A stretch of 64,000 bases of DNA from an uncultured Thermoplasmata archaeon (GCA_963771555.1 CAVYTM010000001.1:633064-697063), one strand, 5' to 3'. Counted from the first letter of the stretch, positions 35,284-46,125 are shown. The notes: generated by a model from the letters alone, not told the origin. Translations and numbers: made by a program.

Positions 35284-36047
35284 CGCCCCCTCCCACGACC
35301 GCCCGTGTCGAAGCCTACCTCCGAGAACAACTGGCCGGCGGCCCCCTCCACTTTACGCTCATCGACCCGGACAAGTCGCGCGGACCCCGGGCTGCCGCCT
35401 TGGCCCGCGGCGCTGTGGCCCTTGGCAGTCATGCGATCTTGCTCGGTGGTTCGACCGGCATCTCGCGCGAAGTGATGAGCGAGGCGGCCCGCGCGATCAA
35501 GGAGTCGGTGAAGATCCCGGCGATCATCTTCCCCGAAGGTCCCGGTTCCCTGACGCCGGACGCGGACGCGGTCCTCTTCATGAGCCTCCTCAATTCGCGC
35601 AACCTCGACCTGGTCATTCGAACGCACGCCCGCTCGTCGTCGCTCGTCCGGCATATGCAACTCGAGGCCATCCCCATGGGTTACCTGGTCGTGGCGCCCG
35701 GGATGCGAGTCGGCGAGGTAGGCGCGGTCGATCCCGTGCCGCGCGATGACCTTTCGGGAGCGGCCGGCTACGCACTCGCGGCGGAGCTCCTCGGGATGAG
35801 GTTCGTTTACCTCGAAGCCGGCTCCGGCGCCCCCGCCCCCGTGCCGAGCGAGATGGTACGAGCCGTCCGCGATGTCCTCGGGATCCCGCTGATCGTGGGG
35901 GGAGGGATCCGGTCGGGAGCGGAGGCTCGGTCCCTGCTCCAAGCGGGGGCCAACATCCTGGTCACCGGGACCATCACGGAAGAGGAGGGCCTGGGCGACG
36001 CGTTCCGAGGGATCCTCGAGGAGGTGCGTCACGCCCGTGGCCGCTGA
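35280..36047 (+). CDS. geranylgeranylglyceryl phosphate synthase (PcrB/GGGPS family)
   Basis: ILLGGSTGI, IPAIIFPEG, LFMSLLNSRN, YLEAGSGAPAPVP, IPLIVGGGIRS are typical PcrB/GGGPS TIM-barrel motifs. GTG start overlaps the DGGGPS stop. Confidence 0.85.
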   Translation: MTPPPTTARVEAYLREQLAGGPLHFTLIDPDKSRGPRAAALARGAVALGSHAILLGGSTGISREVMSEAARAIKESVKIPAIIFPEGPGSLTPDADAVLFMSLLNSRNLDLVIRTHARSSSLVRHMQLEAIPMGYLVVAPGMRVGEVGAVDPVPRDDLSGAAGYALAAELLGMRFVYLEAGSGAPAPVPSEMVRAVRDVLGIPLIVGGGIRSGAEARSLLQAGANILVTGTITEEEGLGDAFRGILEEVRHARGR

Positions 36048-37851
36048 ACCGACCGCCGAGACGGGCGCCGGCTACCGTCAGGTCCGCCGGGGCCACGTGC
36101 TCTTTCGCGCCCCCTCCCCACCGGTGACGTACGCGTTGATCCTCCTCGCCAGTGCGGCGCTGGCCGCCCTTCTCTGGCTCCCGGACGTCCCTCGCTTTCT
36201 CGAGGGGTTTCTCCTCGCCGGCGTCCTCCCCGCGTTCATCGCGTCGGCGCTCACGACGCCGCTCTGCGGGGCCTTGGGAGGGAAGATCGAGTTCCATCGA
36301 AGCGTCTTCCTCGCCCTCACGGTCGTCCTCGTCCTCGTCCCATTGGCCGCCCTATGGCGCCTCGCCATCGTCATCGACCCTTCGGTCGTTCCGGGTCTCA
36401 CCTACCTCGGGGTGTTCCTGGCCGGTCCCGCCCTCTGGTTCCGGCACGCGAGCCTTTACGGGGTCTCCCGACCGAGCCACGCTCTGATGCTCGTGCCCTC
36501 GCTCCTGCAACCCCTGCTCTATCTGGCCGGTTTCTTCCTGATCGTGCCGCCCACCCCGACCCTCGTCGGAGAAGCGGCCGCGTTCCTCGTGCTCGCGTTC
36601 GTTCTCGCGGTCGTCCTCGTTCGAGCTTCCGACCGACCCATTCGACGCGAGTTCGGGAACTCGGGGGTCTCCCTCATCCGCCCTCTTCTCGACCACGTCG
36701 GTCGACGCGACCCAGAGGCGACCCGGGCGCTCGAGGCCTTCTTCCTGAAAGGTGCGATTCCCGGGGACGTCACCGCCCGACTCCTTGCGTTCTCGCGCGG
36801 CGGGTCCGTGAAGGCCACCATCGCCATGCCGACCGTACACCCCGGCCCGTTCGCCGCCCTCGGGTCGAGCGACCTCCCTCACAAGCTCTCCGAGAAGCTG
36901 GCACCGTCGGCCGGAACGGTCTTCGTGCCGCATACCCCGTGCGACCACGACCTCGACCTCCCCTCGGACGAGGAGGTCGACCGGGTGGCGGCGGCGACCC
37001 GCGAGCTGCTCGCGTCCCTTCCCCCGCCGGGGCCGGCCCGAGGGAGCCCGCTCGTTTCCCCCTACCCCGGAAGCCTGGCCCGCGCCCAACTCCTCGGGGA
37101 TGTGGTCCTCGTGATCGTGACCCAGGCTCCGAAGCCGACCGACGACATTGCGTTCAGCGTCGCGGACCGGATCGTTCGGGAGATCGCCCAGGAGGGGGGA
37201 CCTCGCGTCGCCCTACTCGATGCCCACAACTCCTACATCGAGGGGCAGGGGGACATCCTCTACGGAACCCCCATCGCGGAGCAGCTGGTGACCGACACCA
37301 AGGCGGCCGTGCGGGCCGCCGTGGCGGCGGCGCGCGACGGCGGGATCGAGGTGGGGGTCGCCGTCCGCAAGGGGTACTCGATCGGGGGCGACGGGATCGG
37401 GCCCGAGGGCATGCGAGCGCTGGTCGTCCGGGCCGGCGGCAAGACGACCGGTTACGTCCTGATCGACGGCAACAATCTCATCATCGGCAGCCGGGACCCG
37501 ATCGTCCGGTCGCTCCTCGAAAAGGTCGATGCGGCCGAGGTCCTGACCGCCGACAACCACGTCGTCCACGAGGTCGATGGTGGGATCAATCCTCTGGGGG
37601 AACGGTACCCGCTCCCGGCGATGACCCGCGACGCGCGGGCGATCCTGGACGAGGCCTATCGGGACCTCGAGCCGGTCACGGTCGGCTTCGCGGAGAAGAA
37701 GGTCTCCGGCGTCAAGATCCTGGGACCCGGCTACACCGCACGCCTTTTGACCTCCCTCGGAGACACCCTGTCGATGTTCATGTTCATGTTCGCCTCGACG
37801 CTCCTCCTCCTCGTGACGAGCTCCCTCGTCATCCTGCTCGCTCTGCGCTGA
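36037..37851 (+). CDS. large polytopic membrane protein with C-terminal soluble domain and terminal TM (DUF2070-like, tentative); unknown function, embedded in the lipid-gene operon
   Basis: 604 aa. ~8 N-terminal TM helices, a ~330-aa soluble region (HTPCDHDLDLPSDEE ... GGDGIGPEGMRALVVRAGG) and a final TM helix. 11-nt overlap with the GGGPS stop and 7-nt gap to the next gene. Confidence 0.5.
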   Translation: MAAEPTAETGAGYRQVRRGHVLFRAPSPPVTYALILLASAALAALLWLPDVPRFLEGFLLAGVLPAFIASALTTPLCGALGGKIEFHRSVFLALTVVLVLVPLAALWRLAIVIDPSVVPGLTYLGVFLAGPALWFRHASLYGVSRPSHALMLVPSLLQPLLYLAGFFLIVPPTPTLVGEAAAFLVLAFVLAVVLVRASDRPIRREFGNSGVSLIRPLLDHVGRRDPEATRALEAFFLKGAIPGDVTARLLAFSRGGSVKATIAMPTVHPGPFAALGSSDLPHKLSEKLAPSAGTVFVPHTPCDHDLDLPSDEEVDRVAAATRELLASLPPPGPARGSPLVSPYPGSLARAQLLGDVVLVIVTQAPKPTDDIAFSVADRIVREIAQEGGPRVALLDAHNSYIEGQGDILYGTPIAEQLVTDTKAAVRAAVAAARDGGIEVGVAVRKGYSIGGDGIGPEGMRALVVRAGGKTTGYVLIDGNNLIIGSRDPIVRSLLEKVDAAEVLTADNHVVHEVDGGINPLGERYPLPAMTRDARAILDEAYRDLEPVTVGFAEKKVSGVKILGPGYTARLLTSLGDTLSMFMFMFASTLLLLVTSSLVILLALR

Positions 37852-37858
37852 GGGTCGC

Positions 37859-39490
37859 GTGTCGCCGGAGTCCGCCGGGTCGAGTCCGCCCGCCGCCAGC
37901 GTGGCCATCGGCGGCGAGGAAAACCTACGTCTGCTGACCCAGCTCGTCTCGGCCGCTCCCACCAATCTCGAGGACATCGGTCACGGTCGCTGGGAAAAGC
38001 CGAACTACCTGCGCACCGCCGACGCGATCGTCCGCGCCGCGCGCGCCGCGGGGCTTTCGACCCGGATCTACGACCCTACGGTGGTGGGCGACGTGAAGGG
38101 AGACTGGCACGGCGCTCCCCGACCGAACGTCATCGCCGAGCTCAACGTCGGGGCCGCCGAGACCGTCCTCATCCTCGCTCACTACGACGTCGTTCCGGTG
38201 CCCGCGGAGCAGCTCGCGCGCTGGAAGAGCCCCCCGCACACGCTGACCCACCGGGCGGACGGCCGACTTTACGGCCGCGGGTCGAACGACGACCTGGGTA
38301 GCGGGGTCGTCGCGTCGATCGCAGCGCTCCGCAAGCTCTCCGAGAACACCGACCTGCGACGGAACGTCCGGTTGATCGCGTGCTGTGATGAAGAGACGGG
38401 GGGCGAAGGAGGCGTCGAGGCGATCAAGGCCCACGACGCGCTACTTTCCCCCGAGGACCCGGAGCGGATCCTGCGCGGCCACATCGCTCTCATCCCCGAC
38501 GGCAGCCCCGAAGCGACCGCGGGGTCGAGCGGGGTCGCGTTCCTCGAGGGTTCGTTCTCGGGCCCAACGGCCCTCACCGAGACGCTCGCCTACGCCCAGG
38601 CGCTCGTCGACCTGCACGAGGTCGCTCGCCGGTGGCGTTCCATCTACGTTTCGCCCGACTGGCCCGAGCGACATGCCCCCGAGCCGGTGATCACCGGCCG
38701 GGCGAGCGTTACGCGCTTCGATGTGACGGAGGTTGGACCTCCGGAACACGGCGTGCGGCTCGTCGGCGCCCACGCGGAGACCGATGCCGCCAACCAATCG
38801 GCGGCCGCGGTCACTCTCCTCTTCCAGGGAGAGCTCGCGCCGCTCCGCAACCTCCCCGACCGTCTCGCACCGCTCGTGGTCGCTCCGTTCCGACTCGAGC
38901 CCGCCGGTGCCACCGCGCTTACGGTTGCGCCCGGAACCCTCGCGTTGCAATTGATCGGCGAGGCCACCCACGGGGGGTACCCGCATCGGGGTCACAATCC
39001 GGTTCCTCCGACGATTCGGATGCTTCGAGCAGCGGTGGAACGGGACCTCCTCGATGGGAAGGCCCTCGGCCGCGCCTCGTTCACGGTCGACCTTCGTCTT
39101 ATCCCGGAGATGGAGCTCGCCGACGGCGTCGAGGCCGCACTGCGATACGTGCGCGCGTACGCTGAAAACCACTCACCGACCGCCCGGATCGTGGCGCCCC
39201 CCGAGCGATGCCGTGCCGGCTACTGCCTTCCGGTCGACCATCCGGCACTGCTGCGTCTCGAGCGGATCCTCCGAGAGACCATGGGCGCGAGCGGTGTGCG
39301 GGGCGAGTATGGAGGCACCGACGCGAGCGCACTCCGCGACCTGATGACCCCCTCCGGCGAGCCGCTACCGGCCCTCGTGTTCGGAAGCATGGACCCGGAG
39401 GCCCACATTCACGACGCCGAGGAGAGCGCGGACCCGAAGAAGATCGCCGAGGTCGCCACCACCATCGCCCGGTTCGTGCGGGAACCGTAG
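37859..39490 (+). CDS. M20-family metallohydrolase (ArgE/DapE/CPG2-like peptidase/deacylase)
   Basis: VILAHYDVVPV, GRGSNDDLGSGVVASIAAL, CDEETGGEGG, PDGSPEA match M20 metal-binding and catalytic regions. Confidence 0.7.
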   Translation: MSPESAGSSPPAASVAIGGEENLRLLTQLVSAAPTNLEDIGHGRWEKPNYLRTADAIVRAARAAGLSTRIYDPTVVGDVKGDWHGAPRPNVIAELNVGAAETVLILAHYDVVPVPAEQLARWKSPPHTLTHRADGRLYGRGSNDDLGSGVVASIAALRKLSENTDLRRNVRLIACCDEETGGEGGVEAIKAHDALLSPEDPERILRGHIALIPDGSPEATAGSSGVAFLEGSFSGPTALTETLAYAQALVDLHEVARRWRSIYVSPDWPERHAPEPVITGRASVTRFDVTEVGPPEHGVRLVGAHAETDAANQSAAAVTLLFQGELAPLRNLPDRLAPLVVAPFRLEPAGATALTVAPGTLALQLIGEATHGGYPHRGHNPVPPTIRMLRAAVERDLLDGKALGRASFTVDLRLIPEMELADGVEAALRYVRAYAENHSPTARIVAPPERCRAGYCLPVDHPALLRLERILRETMGASGVRGEYGGTDASALRDLMTPSGEPLPALVFGSMDPEAHIHDAEESADPKKIAEVATTIARFVREP

Positions 39491-39505
39491 CCCGAGGAGA
39501 CGCCC

Positions 39506-40084
39506 GTGGTGGACGCTTGGCTTTCCTCCCTGATGGGGGTTCTCTGGGTCCTCACTCCCTGCTACATCGCGAGCGCCCTCGCCACCCTCCCTCGAGGACG
39601 GGGTCCCGCGATGGACTTCGGCCGGATCTGGAGGGCCGACGGACGTCGCGCCTTGGGTCCCTCGAAGACCTGGTCGGGATTCCTCTTCGGGGGATTCGTG
39701 GCCATGCCGTTCGGATTGCTCGAGGCCGGACTCATCCTGGCGGCGCCCCCGAATCTGCAGCTCGTCCCCCAGTTCGCGTCGACGCTCCTCGGGGCGATAC
39801 CGGTTGTGGCCTTGCTCACTTTCGGCGCGATGTCGGGGGACGCGCTCGGGTCGTTCATCAAGCGCCGCCTGGGGCGCGAGAGCGGCTCTCGGACGATACT
39901 CCTCGACCAGCTCCCCTTCGTTCTCCTGCCCATCGGGCTCGGGTTCGCGCTCTATCCGAGCTTGTTCCTCGGCACGTTTCTCAATCTCTGGGCGCTCTTC
40001 TGGCTGCTCTTCTTCACGCTCGGGCTGCACACGCTTTTCAACTGGATTGGGTACAAGGCCGGTCTGAAGAAGGTGCCCTGGTGA
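39506..40084 (+). CDS. carS: CDP-archaeol synthase (CarS, CdsA-like DUF46 family)
   Basis: 192-aa five-TM protein. GRRALGPSKTWSGFLFGG and C-terminal GYKAGLKK resemble the CarS/CdsA-type cytidylyltransferase signature. Operon context with GGGPS and DGGGPS. Confidence 0.65.
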   Translation: MVDAWLSSLMGVLWVLTPCYIASALATLPRGRGPAMDFGRIWRADGRRALGPSKTWSGFLFGGFVAMPFGLLEAGLILAAPPNLQLVPQFASTLLGAIPVVALLTFGAMSGDALGSFIKRRLGRESGSRTILLDQLPFVLLPIGLGFALYPSLFLGTFLNLWALFWLLFFTLGLHTLFNWIGYKAGLKKVPW

Positions 40085-40635
40085 ACCCTTCGGTCGGGGA
40101 CCCCGAACCGTCCCACACGGAGATCGTACGCGTCCTTCTGGACGCCGGAGCCGTCCGCTTCGGCGACTTCACCCTCGCCTCGGGAGAGAAGAGCGACGTC
40201 TACATCGACGTGAAGCGCGCGTGGACGGACCCGAAGCGGCTCGACCTCCTGGCCCGAGCGCTCGCGCATCGGGTCGGCTCGACCGACCGGCTTGCGGGCA
40301 TGGAGCTCGGAGCCGTCCCGCTCGTCGTCGCGACCGCGCTCCGGACGGGTCACTCGTACGTCGTGCTTCGAAAGGCAACCAAGGAGCACGGGACCCGTCA
40401 GGCGTTCGAGGGCGACATCTCGCCCGGACTCCACGTCCTCCTGATCGAGGACGTGACCACGACCGGCGGTAGCACGCTCCGGTCGGTCGAGATCGTGCGA
40501 GGGGCCGGGGGCGTCGTCGACCGCGTCCTCGTCGTGGTCGACCGGGAAAGCGGCGCCGCCGCGCATCTCGCGGCGGTGGGGATCCGGATCGAACCGCTCG
40601 TCACGCTTTCCGAGCTCCGCGGGGCTCGTCCGTGA
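40081..40635 (+). CDS. pyrE: orotate phosphoribosyltransferase
   Basis: PRPP-binding motif VLLIEDVTTTGGS; type I PRTase fold length. GTG start overlaps the carS stop (GTGA). Confidence 0.85.
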   Translation: MNPSVGDPEPSHTEIVRVLLDAGAVRFGDFTLASGEKSDVYIDVKRAWTDPKRLDLLARALAHRVGSTDRLAGMELGAVPLVVATALRTGHSYVVLRKATKEHGTRQAFEGDISPGLHVLLIEDVTTTGGSTLRSVEIVRGAGGVVDRVLVVVDRESGAAAHLAAVGIRIEPLVTLSELRGARP

Positions 40636-41696
40636 GCGGGGCGCTCCAGGCAGACGGAACGGTTCGGTTCGACGAACCGTCCGAAGCCGGCCAGGTCTAC
40701 GGAAAGGGGTTCTTCGGAACGCTCACGTCGAGCGGCGGACTCTCGCTCGACCGTTACGAGGCGGTCTACCTCTCCGAGATGGGTCGGGTCGACCTTCGGG
40801 GAACGGCCGGTCGAGCCGTCGCCTGGCCGACGGTGTTCCGCCGCGCGGTACGGGCCGACCCCGGCTTCGCGGTTCGATACCTCGTCTACCGGGACCTCCG
40901 GCAGCGAGGATACGTCGTGCGCGCGAGTCCCCCACCGGTCGCGTTCACCGTCCTTCCGCGGGGAGGGGTTCTGCACAAGACCCCATCCCGGTACTGGGTG
41001 GAGGCGATCAGCGAACGGGTCCCCTTCGACCTCGCCCGGCTCTTCGACCTCGCCGAACGGGCCCAGAGCGCGAAGAAGCTGCTTCTGCTCGGCCTCGTGG
41101 ACGAGGAGTCCGACCTCACGTACTACCGGGTCCGCCGGCCCACACCGACCGGCGCGCTCCCCTCGAGGAAGCTCGCGCAACCGGCCGAGGGGTGGCTTTC
41201 CGAGGACCGGGTGACGGTGCACGGCTCCGGGTTGGCCACCGAGCTCGGCAAGGAGCTCGCGTACGGGAGCCGGATCGGCGACCGTCTCGAGCTCAGCCTC
41301 CTCGAGGCCGCGTACCTTTGTTCCGAGGGCCAGCTCACCCTGCGGGATTCGAAGAGCGGTCGCGCGGTCTCGCTCGAACGATTGGAGCGACGCGCGCGCC
41401 GGATGGTTCCGCTCTTCTTCGAGCGGCTGGCCGCGTACCGGGAGTTGCGAGGGCGTTCCCTGGTCGTCAAGACGGGGTTCAAGTACGGCGCCCATTTTCG
41501 GGCGTACCCGCGCAGCCCCGAACACTCGCACGCGCGCTATCTCGTCCAGGCCGCCCCGTCCACGCACGTCGCGTCGTGGCCGGAAGTGGCCGGCGGCGTC
41601 CGGGTGGCCCAGGGGGTCCGCAAAGAGTTCCTGGTCGCCGGAGTGCGCCCGGACGCCCAGGTCAAGTTCCTCTCGCTCGAGAGAGTTCGACCGTAG
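40632..41696 (+). CDS. endA: tRNA-splicing endonuclease, two-domain (duplicated) form
   Basis: Catalytic domain VVKTGFKYGAHFRAYPRSPEHSHARYLV, plus a degenerate N-terminal repeat (YLVYRDLRQRGYVV). 354 aa. GTG start overlaps the pyrE stop. Confidence 0.85.
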   Translation: MSGALQADGTVRFDEPSEAGQVYGKGFFGTLTSSGGLSLDRYEAVYLSEMGRVDLRGTAGRAVAWPTVFRRAVRADPGFAVRYLVYRDLRQRGYVVRASPPPVAFTVLPRGGVLHKTPSRYWVEAISERVPFDLARLFDLAERAQSAKKLLLLGLVDEESDLTYYRVRRPTPTGALPSRKLAQPAEGWLSEDRVTVHGSGLATELGKELAYGSRIGDRLELSLLEAAYLCSEGQLTLRDSKSGRAVSLERLERRARRMVPLFFERLAAYRELRGRSLVVKTGFKYGAHFRAYPRSPEHSHARYLVQAAPSTHVASWPEVAGGVRVAQGVRKEFLVAGVRPDAQVKFLSLERVRP

Positions 41697-42501
41697 TCAG
41701 ACCCGGTCCGTTCGTGGCCCGTGCGCGGGCGGATCCGATGGCGCGGACCCAGCTCCGGAGGTGGTCGGCCGACGGCCTTCGCTCGAGCAGCTCTTCGAGC
41801 GCGGTCCCCACGACCACGCCATCGGCCCCCGTCGCGAGAGCCCGTGAGGCCGACGCACGGTCACGTACCCCGAAGCCGACCAAGACCGGGAGACGGGGGG
41901 CCGCGCGGTGGGCGGTCCGAACGATCGGACGAAGGTCGACCGACGGGTCGCGCACCGCTGTGCCGGTTGTTCCGTAGCGCGAGACGAGATAGAGAAAGCC
42001 CCGACTCGCCCGAGCGACGGCGGCGGTGCGTTCGGGGGGACTCCCCGGAGCGGAAAGGAGAACGAGCGCGAGTCCGGCCGCACGGGCCTCCGTTCGCCAG
42101 GGGCGGGACTCCTCGAGCGAGAGGTCCGGCACGATGAGCCCGGTGGCTCCCGCGCGAGCGAGCTGCCGCATTCCGGCCTTGAGCCCCTCCTGCCAGACCG
42201 GATTCGCGTAGGTCATGACGGCGGTCGGGAGCACCGAGCTCGCGACCCGGCACGCACGAATCAGGTCGCTCCATCCGGTGCCCCGGGCGAGAGCGCGACC
42301 GGCGGCCGCCTCGAGGACGGGGCCGTCCGCGATCGGGTCCGAGAACGGGAATCCGAGCTCGAGCGCGCAGGCTCCGCCGTCGCGCAACGCCCCGACGGTG
42401 CGACGAAGGCTCGAGGACCGGGCCCGGTCGACCATCAGGTACGGAACCACGAGCGGTCGTCCCGAAGTTCTCGCGGTGCGCAGCGCGTCAGCGAGCGGCA
42501 T
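41662..42501 (-). CDS. trpA: tryptophan synthase alpha subunit
   Basis: [20 protein letters not shown] signature; 279 aa. Confidence 0.85.
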   Translation of the reverse strand: MPLADALRTARTSGRPLVVPYLMVDRARSSSLRRTVGALRDGGACALELGFPFSDPIADGPVLEAAAGRALARGTGWSDLIRACRVASSVLPTAVMTYANPVWQEGLKAGMRQLARAGATGLIVPDLSLEESRPWRTEARAAGLALVLLSAPGSPPERTAAVARASRGFLYLVSRYGTTGTAVRDPSVDLRPIVRTAHRAAPRLPVLVGFGVRDRASASRALATGADGVVVGTALEELLERRPSADHLRSWVRAIGSARARATNGPGLTTVELSRARGT

Positions 42502-43645
42502 GCAACACCACGTCGAGGTCCTTATCGCCCCGTCCCGACAACGTCACGACGATCTTCTGGCCCCTCGGACGTCGTCGAGCCTCGCGCACGGCCGCGTAGA
42601 TCGCGTGAGAGGGTTCGAGGGCGGGGAGGATCCCTTCGTCCTGCGCGAGCCAGTGGAACGCTCGAAGCGCTCCGTCGTCGGAAACGCTGATGTAGCGCAC
42701 CCGACCTGAATCCCGCAGATAGGAGTGCTCGGGCCCCACGCCCGCGTAGTCGAGTCCCGCGGAGACGCTCTCGGTCGTGGCGACCTGCCCCTCGCGGTCC
42801 TGGAGGAGGTAGGAGAAAGAGCCATGGAGGATCCCGGGTCGGCCCCGCGTCAACGAGGCGGCGCCCTTCGACCCCGGCCGACCGCCCGCTTCGACGCCGA
42901 GCAGCTCGACCGGAGTGCGGAGGAGAGGACGGAACGTCCCGATCGCGTTCGACCCTCCTCCGACGCAGGCGACGGCGAGGTCGGGTAGGCGGCCGAACAC
43001 CCGACGCGATTGCGTCCGGATCTCGCGACCGATCACGCTCTGGAAGTCCGCGACGATCGAAGGGAACGGATGCGGTCCGACCGCGGAGCCGAGGAGGTAG
43101 TGCGTCGTGCGGACGTTCGCGATCCAGTCACGGAGCGCGGCGTTGATGGCGTCCTTGAGGGTCCGACTGCCGGACCGGACGGCGACCACGTTCGCGCCGA
43201 GCAGGCGCATCCGGTCGACGTTCGGACGCTGGCGTTCCATGTCGACCGCCCCCATATAGACGGTCGTGTCGAGACCCAAGGCCGCGCCGACCATCGCCGT
43301 TGCGACGCCGTGCTGACCCGCTCCGGTCTCGGCGATCAGGCGGGGCTTTCCCATCCGGACCGCGAGCAGGCCTTGGCCGAGCGTATTGTTGAACTTGTGT
43401 GCGCCGCCGTGAACGAGGTCCTCCCGCTTGAGCCAGATCTCGGCGCCTCCGGCGCGGCGGCTCAGATGCCGTGCGAAGTAGAGCGGAGTGGGACGCCCGG
43501 CGAGGGTCTCCGACAGCCGAGCGAGCTCCGCCCGGAACGCAGGGTCGCGCCGGGCGGACCGCCACGTGCTCTCGAGCTCTTCGAGGGCGGGGACCAATGT
43601 TTCGGGGACGTAAGCCCCGCCGTACGCGCCGAACCGTCTAGGCAT
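42488..43645 (-). CDS. trpB: tryptophan synthase beta subunit
   Basis: [13 protein letters not shown] and [13 protein letters not shown]-enzyme motifs. Confidence 0.9.
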   Translation of the reverse strand: MPRRFGAYGGAYVPETLVPALEELESTWRSARRDPAFRAELARLSETLAGRPTPLYFARHLSRRAGGAEIWLKREDLVHGGAHKFNNTLGQGLLAVRMGKPRLIAETGAGQHGVATAMVGAALGLDTTVYMGAVDMERQRPNVDRMRLLGANVVAVRSGSRTLKDAINAALRDWIANVRTTHYLLGSAVGPHPFPSIVADFQSVIGREIRTQSRRVFGRLPDLAVACVGGGSNAIGTFRPLLRTPVELLGVEAGGRPGSKGAASLTRGRPGILHGSFSYLLQDREGQVATTESVSAGLDYAGVGPEHSYLRDSGRVRYISVSDDGALRAFHWLAQDEGILPALEPSHAIYAAVREARRRPRGQKIVVTLSGRGDKDLDVVLHAAR

Positions 43646-44285
43646 GCCCCGATTCGAACGCCTCCACGGCCCGGAGGAAAGCCTGCATCCTTACCGGGTC
43701 CTTGACACCGGGAGCGCTCTCGATGCCCGAAGAGACGTCCACACCCCACGGCTGGACGGAACCGAGGGCATCGGCGACGTTCTCGGGGGAAAGACCGCCC
43801 GCGAGCACGAATTTGCGACCCGGGTGAGAATCCACGATGCGCGCGCAGACCTCCCAATCGGGACGCGTTCCGCTGCCGCCCGGGAGCGGTTGGCCCGCCG
43901 CATCGAGGTGGATCCGTGGGTAATCCTCCGCCGGAGGGATCTTCGGGTCCTCGGCCCCCGCGCCGGTCGCGGAAATCGGGACCGAGGGGACCAGATGGTG
44001 GACTTCGAGGAACTCGAGGCCGGGCGGCACCTTACCGTACACTTGGATCCGGTCGACGCCGACCTCGTCGAACAGCTGGTGGACCAGTTCGGCCGTCGGG
44101 TCGACCACCACGGCCCAGGCTTCCGCCTCGGTCGGCACGTGCCCCACGAGGTCGAGCGCCGTCTCGAGCGAGATGTTCCGGGGAGAGGCGGGCACCCCGA
44201 TGACGAAGCCCGCGGCGCCGCCGGACGGCACCTCCTTCACGGTAGCGGGGTCCCGCAACCCACAGAACTTCACGAACGTCCTCAC
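43638..44285 (-). CDS. trpF: phosphoribosylanthranilate isomerase
   Basis: [11 protein letters not shown]-terminus and a TIM-barrel of 215 aa in trp operon context. Confidence 0.8.
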   Translation of the reverse strand: MRTFVKFCGLRDPATVKEVPSGGAAGFVIGVPASPRNISLETALDLVGHVPTEAEAWAVVVDPTAELVHQLFDEVGVDRIQVYGKVPPGLEFLEVHHLVPSVPISATGAGAEDPKIPPAEDYPRIHLDAAGQPLPGGSGTRPDWEVCARIVDSHPGRKFVLAGGLSPENVADALGSVQPWGVDVSSGIESAPGVKDPVRMQAFLRAVEAFESGHA

Positions 44286-45094
44286 GGTGATCCTCCCCGA
44301 GCGGGACGCCGGAGGGTTGAGAGGAACCCTCCGGGGTCGGGAGCACGCGCGACCGCGCTACCCACGAGGATCCCGTCGACGTCCTCCTCCCAGAACCCGC
44401 GGGCGTCGTCGGCGTCCGCGACGCCGCTCAACCCGAGCAGGGGTCGGAGGGCCAACGAGCGAGCTTCGCGGAGGGTCTCCATGGCCGTCGGGCGGTCGAT
44501 CGTGAGGGTGTCGAGATTACGCGTATTGATGCCGTACACGTCCGCCGCCACGTTCGCGGCACGACTTAATTCTGACCGTGAGTGGAATTCGAGCAGAACC
44601 TCGAGTCCTTCGCGGTGCGCGGCGTTCGCGAGGGACGCGAGAGATTCAGCGACACCTCGCTCTCCTTCCAGGCGGGCGATGAGGAGAACCGCGCTCGCGC
44701 CCGTGCGTGCAGCGACCCCGATCTGACGGCGGTCGATGACGAAATCCTTGAACAGGACCGGTCGGGGGGTCGACCGAACCAGCTCGGCCACATCGGTCGG
44801 CGAACCGTCGAAACGCGGCATCGTGGCGAGACAGGAGTAGGCCGACGGCTGGGCCCGGTTGGTGGACTCGAGGAACTGGGAGATCGACCGGGACGGGAGG
44901 ATGGGTTCGGGGTGGCCGGGCGAGACCCGTTTGTATTCCACCACGAGGGCCCCGCGATCGCGGTCGCGTTCCACCGCCGCACGAAACGAGGGCCGAGCTC
45001 CTGGCGTTCGCTCGGGCAGGCCCTCACCGTAGGACGGGGCGGCGATCGATCGGTGGGTCTCCCGAACGATCTCTTCGAGGAATCCCATGCTCAC
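44282..45094 (-). CDS. trpC: indole-3-glycerol-phosphate synthase
   Basis: VVEYKRVSPGHPEPIL, LLIARL, GINTRNLDT motifs. Confidence 0.85.
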   Translation of the reverse strand: MSMGFLEEIVRETHRSIAAPSYGEGLPERTPGARPSFRAAVERDRDRGALVVEYKRVSPGHPEPILPSRSISQFLESTNRAQPSAYSCLATMPRFDGSPTDVAELVRSTPRPVLFKDFVIDRRQIGVAARTGASAVLLIARLEGERGVAESLASLANAAHREGLEVLLEFHSRSELSRAANVAADVYGINTRNLDTLTIDRPTAMETLREARSLALRPLLGLSGVADADDARGFWEEDVDGILVGSAVARAPDPGGFLSTLRRPARGGSP

Positions 45095-46125
45095 CTCGGC
45101 TCCGGGGAGCGGTACGGCGTCGCGAGCTCGGTCATCCGAGTGAGGAGCTGCTCCGCCCGCCCCGAATCGAGTGCCTGCCGGGCCGTTTCGACCCCCTGGG
45201 AAAGGGTGCGGACCGTTCCCGCTACCTCCAGAGCCGCCCCTGCCGTGAGGAGGACCGAACCGCGTCGCGCCCCACCCCCGCCGGCCAAGATGCGGCGGGT
45301 CTCTTCCGCGGCCTCGCGGGGGGGAAGAGCGCCCCAGCTCCCACGTCGGTCCTCCGATGGGAGAAGCTCACCGGCTCTCACCCTTGCCCGGAGGAGCCGG
45401 CGTCCGTTCCAGAGTATCGCGTCCGTATCGCGTTTCGGCGAGAACTCGTCACAGCCCTCGACCGATGTCACCGCCATCGCCCGGCGGCGTCCGAGCTTCG
45501 CCATCGCTTCGGCGGCGCGCACCGCCGTGGGCAGGTCCGCCACACCAACCAACTGGAACGGGATGTTCGCAGGGTTCGAGAGGGGGCCGAGTTGATTGAA
45601 CAAGGTCGGAATGCCCACGGCTCGACGCGCCTCGGCAACGGCCCTCGTTGCCGGGTGGAAGAGCGGGGCGTGGAGGAACGCGAGGCGAAGTTTCCGATAC
45701 GACGCGCGCGCGAACGGGATGCTGTCGACCACCGGCAAACCGAGCGCTTCGAGGAGGTCGCTCGACCCGCAGACTCCGCGGGCGCTCCGGTTTCCGTGCT
45801 TCACGACGGGCACACCCGATGCCGCCACCACGAACGCGCTCACCGTCGAGACGTTGAACGAAGGGGTTCGGGCTCCTCCCGACCCGCAGAGGTCGATCGG
45901 TCGGTCGCGGGGCGGCAACGGGAAGCGCACCGCACGCCGTTGCATCTCGAGAGCGAATTGCGCGAGCTCCCTACCGGTGATCGTTCGGGCCGCGAGGGCG
46001 ACCAGGAGGGCTACCCGCTCGGCGTCGCTCGTCCGGGCCGACAGCAGAGTATCGAAGATCTCGTGCGCATCGTGAGGCGAGAGCGAGGGGGGCCGTAGCA
46101 CGCGGCCCAGCTGCCGCGCGATCAT
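45091..46125 (-). CDS. trpD: anthranilate phosphoribosyltransferase
   Basis: DLCGSGGARTPSFNVSTVSAFVVAASGVPVVKHGNRSARG. Confidence 0.85.
   Translation of the reverse strand: MIARQLGRVLRPPSLSPHDAHEIFDTLLSARTSDAERVALLVALAARTITGRELAQFALEMQRRAVRFPLPPRDRPIDLCGSGGARTPSFNVSTVSAFVVAASGVPVVKHGNRSARGVCGSSDLLEALGLPVVDSIPFARASYRKLRLAFLHAPLFHPATRAVAEARRAVGIPTLFNQLGPLSNPANIPFQLVGVADLPTAVRAAEAMAKLGRRRAMAVTSVEGCDEFSPKRDTDAILWNGRRLLRARVRAGELLPSEDRRGSWGALPPREAAEETRRILAGGGGARRGSVLLTAGAALEVAGTVRTLSQGVETARQALDSGRAEQLLTRMTELATPYRSPEPR

Noticed and set aside
36354-37937. 527-aa alternative-frame ORF, Arg/Pro-rich
   Set aside because: It is same-strand wrong-frame read-through of the membrane-protein and M20 genes. 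Its composition is non-protein-like.
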